From positions 1 through 39,328 of the forward strand of contig DASUUN010000078.1 of assembly GCA_036374055.1 (NCBI GenBank): a stretch of 39,328 bases of DNA, read 5' to 3'. The notes below the pieces were generated by a model, which saw nothing but the letters and a program-made list of their open reading frames with translations, searched no databases and had not been told where the DNA came from. Positions 38,530 through 39,328 of this stretch are shown here, piece after piece; position 1 is the stretch's first letter, and the number at the start of each line of letters is the position of its first letter. The DNA comes from Burkholderiales bacterium (GTDB lineage: Bacteria > Pseudomonadota > Gammaproteobacteria > Burkholderiales > SG8-39). The position numbers were made by a program, and so were the translations under genes.

Positions 38530-38706
38530 TCAGTGCACCACGCCCTTCTGCGCAGGCTGGCCGGCCTGCGCTTCGTTCGCGCAGCGCACCGTGATGAGAA
38601 AACGGCCCGCCGGCATGTCGATGTGAAGCACCGGCTGCGTGCTGTCGAACTCGATGACCTCGCCGTCCGGCTCGCTGCGGATGGTGACGTGGAAAAGCGC
38701 GTTCAT
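38530..38706 (-). CDS. 58-aa hypothetical protein, not in the ORF track
   Basis: ATG 38706 to TGA 38530, translated as MNALFHVTIRSEPDGEVIEFDSTQPVLHIDMPAGRFLITVRCANEAQAGQPAQKGVVH. Almost all third positions are G/C. It has its own box, -10-like hexamer and hairpin. Confidence 0.55.
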   Translation of the reverse strand: MNALFHVTIRSEPDGEVIEFDSTQPVLHIDMPAGRFLITVRCANEAQAGQPAQKGVVH

Positions 38707-38728
38707 GGCCCCATTGTGCCGGCGCTCG

Positions 38729-38745
38729 ATTAAGCCGGGCTTATG
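38729..38745 (-). promoter_or_regulatory. PmrA/QseB-type box (minus strand CATAAG-CCCGG-CTTAAT) upstream of the 58-aa ORF
   Basis: On the minus strand the order is box, 10 nt, CACAAT, 6 nt, ATG 38706. This is the same 10/6/6 geometry as at 11608. Confidence 0.6.
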
Positions 38746-38757
38746 GCCTGCCGGCGG

Positions 38758-38774
38758 CTTAAGGGAGCCTTAAG
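38758..38774 (+). promoter_or_regulatory. PmrA/QseB-type box CTTAAG-GGAGC-CTTAAG upstream of the K+-channel-like gene
   Basis: Perfect half-sites with the same GGAGC spacer as box 11090. It lies 12 nt from box 38729 and 33 nt upstream of ATG 38808. Confidence 0.6.
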
Positions 38775-38807
38775 CTTTCCTTGCGCGGTTAGCATGTCCA
38801 TTTCCCG

Positions 38808-39134
38808 ATGGGAGAGCCGCCATGGACGAGCCGGAGCGCGAAAGCACCTTGCAGCAGCGCGCTGGAGCGCGAAGCGCCTGGCGGCGGCTTCGACAGCTAC
38901 GCCACGGCGTTGTGGTGGACCGCCATGATCATGACCACCATGGGCTCGGAGTCCTGGCCCCGGACCGGCGACGGCCGCGTCCTGTGCCTGTTCCTTGCGC
39001 TCTACGCCTTCGCCGTCTTCGGCTACGTCACGGCGACGCTCGCCACCTTCTTCATCGGGCAGGATGAGAGGAGCGGGCTGAAGGAGGAGCTTGCAGCGCT
39101 GCGCGCGGAGCTGCGGGCGCTAAGGCGCTCCTGA
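38808..39134 (+). CDS. K+-channel-like pore module (pore helix, degenerate filter, inner helix, coiled-coil tail) lacking the outer TM helix; possibly a remnant
   Basis: LEREAPGGGFDSYATALWWTAMIMTTMGSESWPRTGDGRVLCLFLALYAFAVFGYVTATLATFFIGQDE aligns in my memory with the KcsA region AERGAPGAQLITYPRALWWSVETATTVGYGD...TWFVGREQ. The filter is TTMGSES instead of TTVGYGD. There is no room upstream for TM1. Confidence 0.55.
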   Translation: MGEPPWTSRSAKAPCSSALEREAPGGGFDSYATALWWTAMIMTTMGSESWPRTGDGRVLCLFLALYAFAVFGYVTATLATFFIGQDERSGLKEELAALRAELRALRRS

Positions 39135-39328
39135 GCTGCGCCGCGCGGGCAAGCACGGCCTCGCGCGCATGCGGCGCGGCGAGAGTGCGTTGCGCGCACT
39201 CGGCGACCCGCTCGAGCTCATCGGCGAGCGCTGCGCGCCGGTGGGGGTTGCGGGTCGCCGCTGCGATGCGCTCGATGCTCGAGAGCAGGCGCGCCAGCAC
39301 TGCCGGCTTGCCGGCTGCGCTTTCGCGC
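39052..39328 (-). CDS. hypothetical protein, 5' end outside window
   Basis: The frame stays open to the right edge and GC3 is high from 39328 to about 39140. The last ~28 codons overlap the channel-like gene antisense and have poorer GC3. Confidence 0.35.
   Translation of the reverse strand, partial: RESAAGKPAVLARLLSSIERIAAATRNPHRRAALADELERVAECAQRTLAAPHAREAVLARAAQLRSALAPAAPRAALQAPPSARSSHPAR

Noticed and set aside
38506-38928. Track ORFs 38506..38733 (+) and 38743..38928 (+)
   Set aside because: The first is antisense to the better-supported 58-aa ORF. The second spans the operator boxes and is out of frame with the channel-like pore motif. Both translations are Arg/Ala-rich.
1-39328. Search for tRNA/rRNA genes, CRISPR repeats, transposase or integrase genes and phage-like genes
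   Set aside because: I found no cloverleaf-like or rRNA-like segment, no regularly spaced short repeats and no recognisable transposase, integrase or phage motifs in any frame. This absence is by-eye only and should be confirmed with tRNAscan, Infernal and ISfinder-type tools.

Overview
GC-rich (about two-thirds to 70% GC by eye), proteobacterium-like chromosomal window with about 47 protein-coding genes. I recognised no rRNA, tRNA, CRISPR array or IS/transposase. All product calls rest on motifs I can read in the translations; no homology search was possible. 1-11 kb holds ordinary mixed genes: class II aldolase, App1-like phosphatase, a PAS-GGDEF-EAL protein translationally coupled to an orphan GspE/PilB-type ATPase, a GYD protein, a UMF1-type MFS transporter and an orphan ABC substrate-binding protein. 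11-39 kb is an envelope-focused island. It encodes an OmpR/PmrA-type response regulator with a QseC/PmrB-type kinase, two DegQ/MucD-type HtrA proteases and seven PRC-barrel proteins (16 barrels; six proteins have signal peptides, two are fused to EF-hand pairs). It also encodes two secreted beta/gamma-crystallin-like proteins, an EF-hand plus peptidoglycan-binding protein, a helical tandem-repeat periplasmic protein and a DUF748-CAP operon. Metabolic genes are interspersed (TPP enzyme, enolase-superfamily enzyme plus FAD/Fe-S oxidase). Two regulatory layers are readable from the DNA. (i) Seven CTTAAG-N5-CTTAAG direct-repeat boxes of the PmrA/QseB type lie next to the two-component genes and again at 36.8-38.8 kb. 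(ii) About 13 -24/-12 (sigma-54-type) promoters lie in front of the PRC-barrel, EF-hand, crystallin and DegQ genes. Three pairs of these are arranged back-to-back. Six place the start codon 12-15 nt after the -12 GC, a leaderless geometry. No sigma-54 activator is encoded in the window. The best candidate for an undescribed system is this sigma-54-wired set of secreted PRC-barrel/EF-hand/crystallin/DegQ proteins, a putative Ca2+-linked envelope module. Three small ORFs below the 60-aa track cutoff or mis-started in it, a TM1-less K+-channel-like gene and a gene-decay junction are also flagged.
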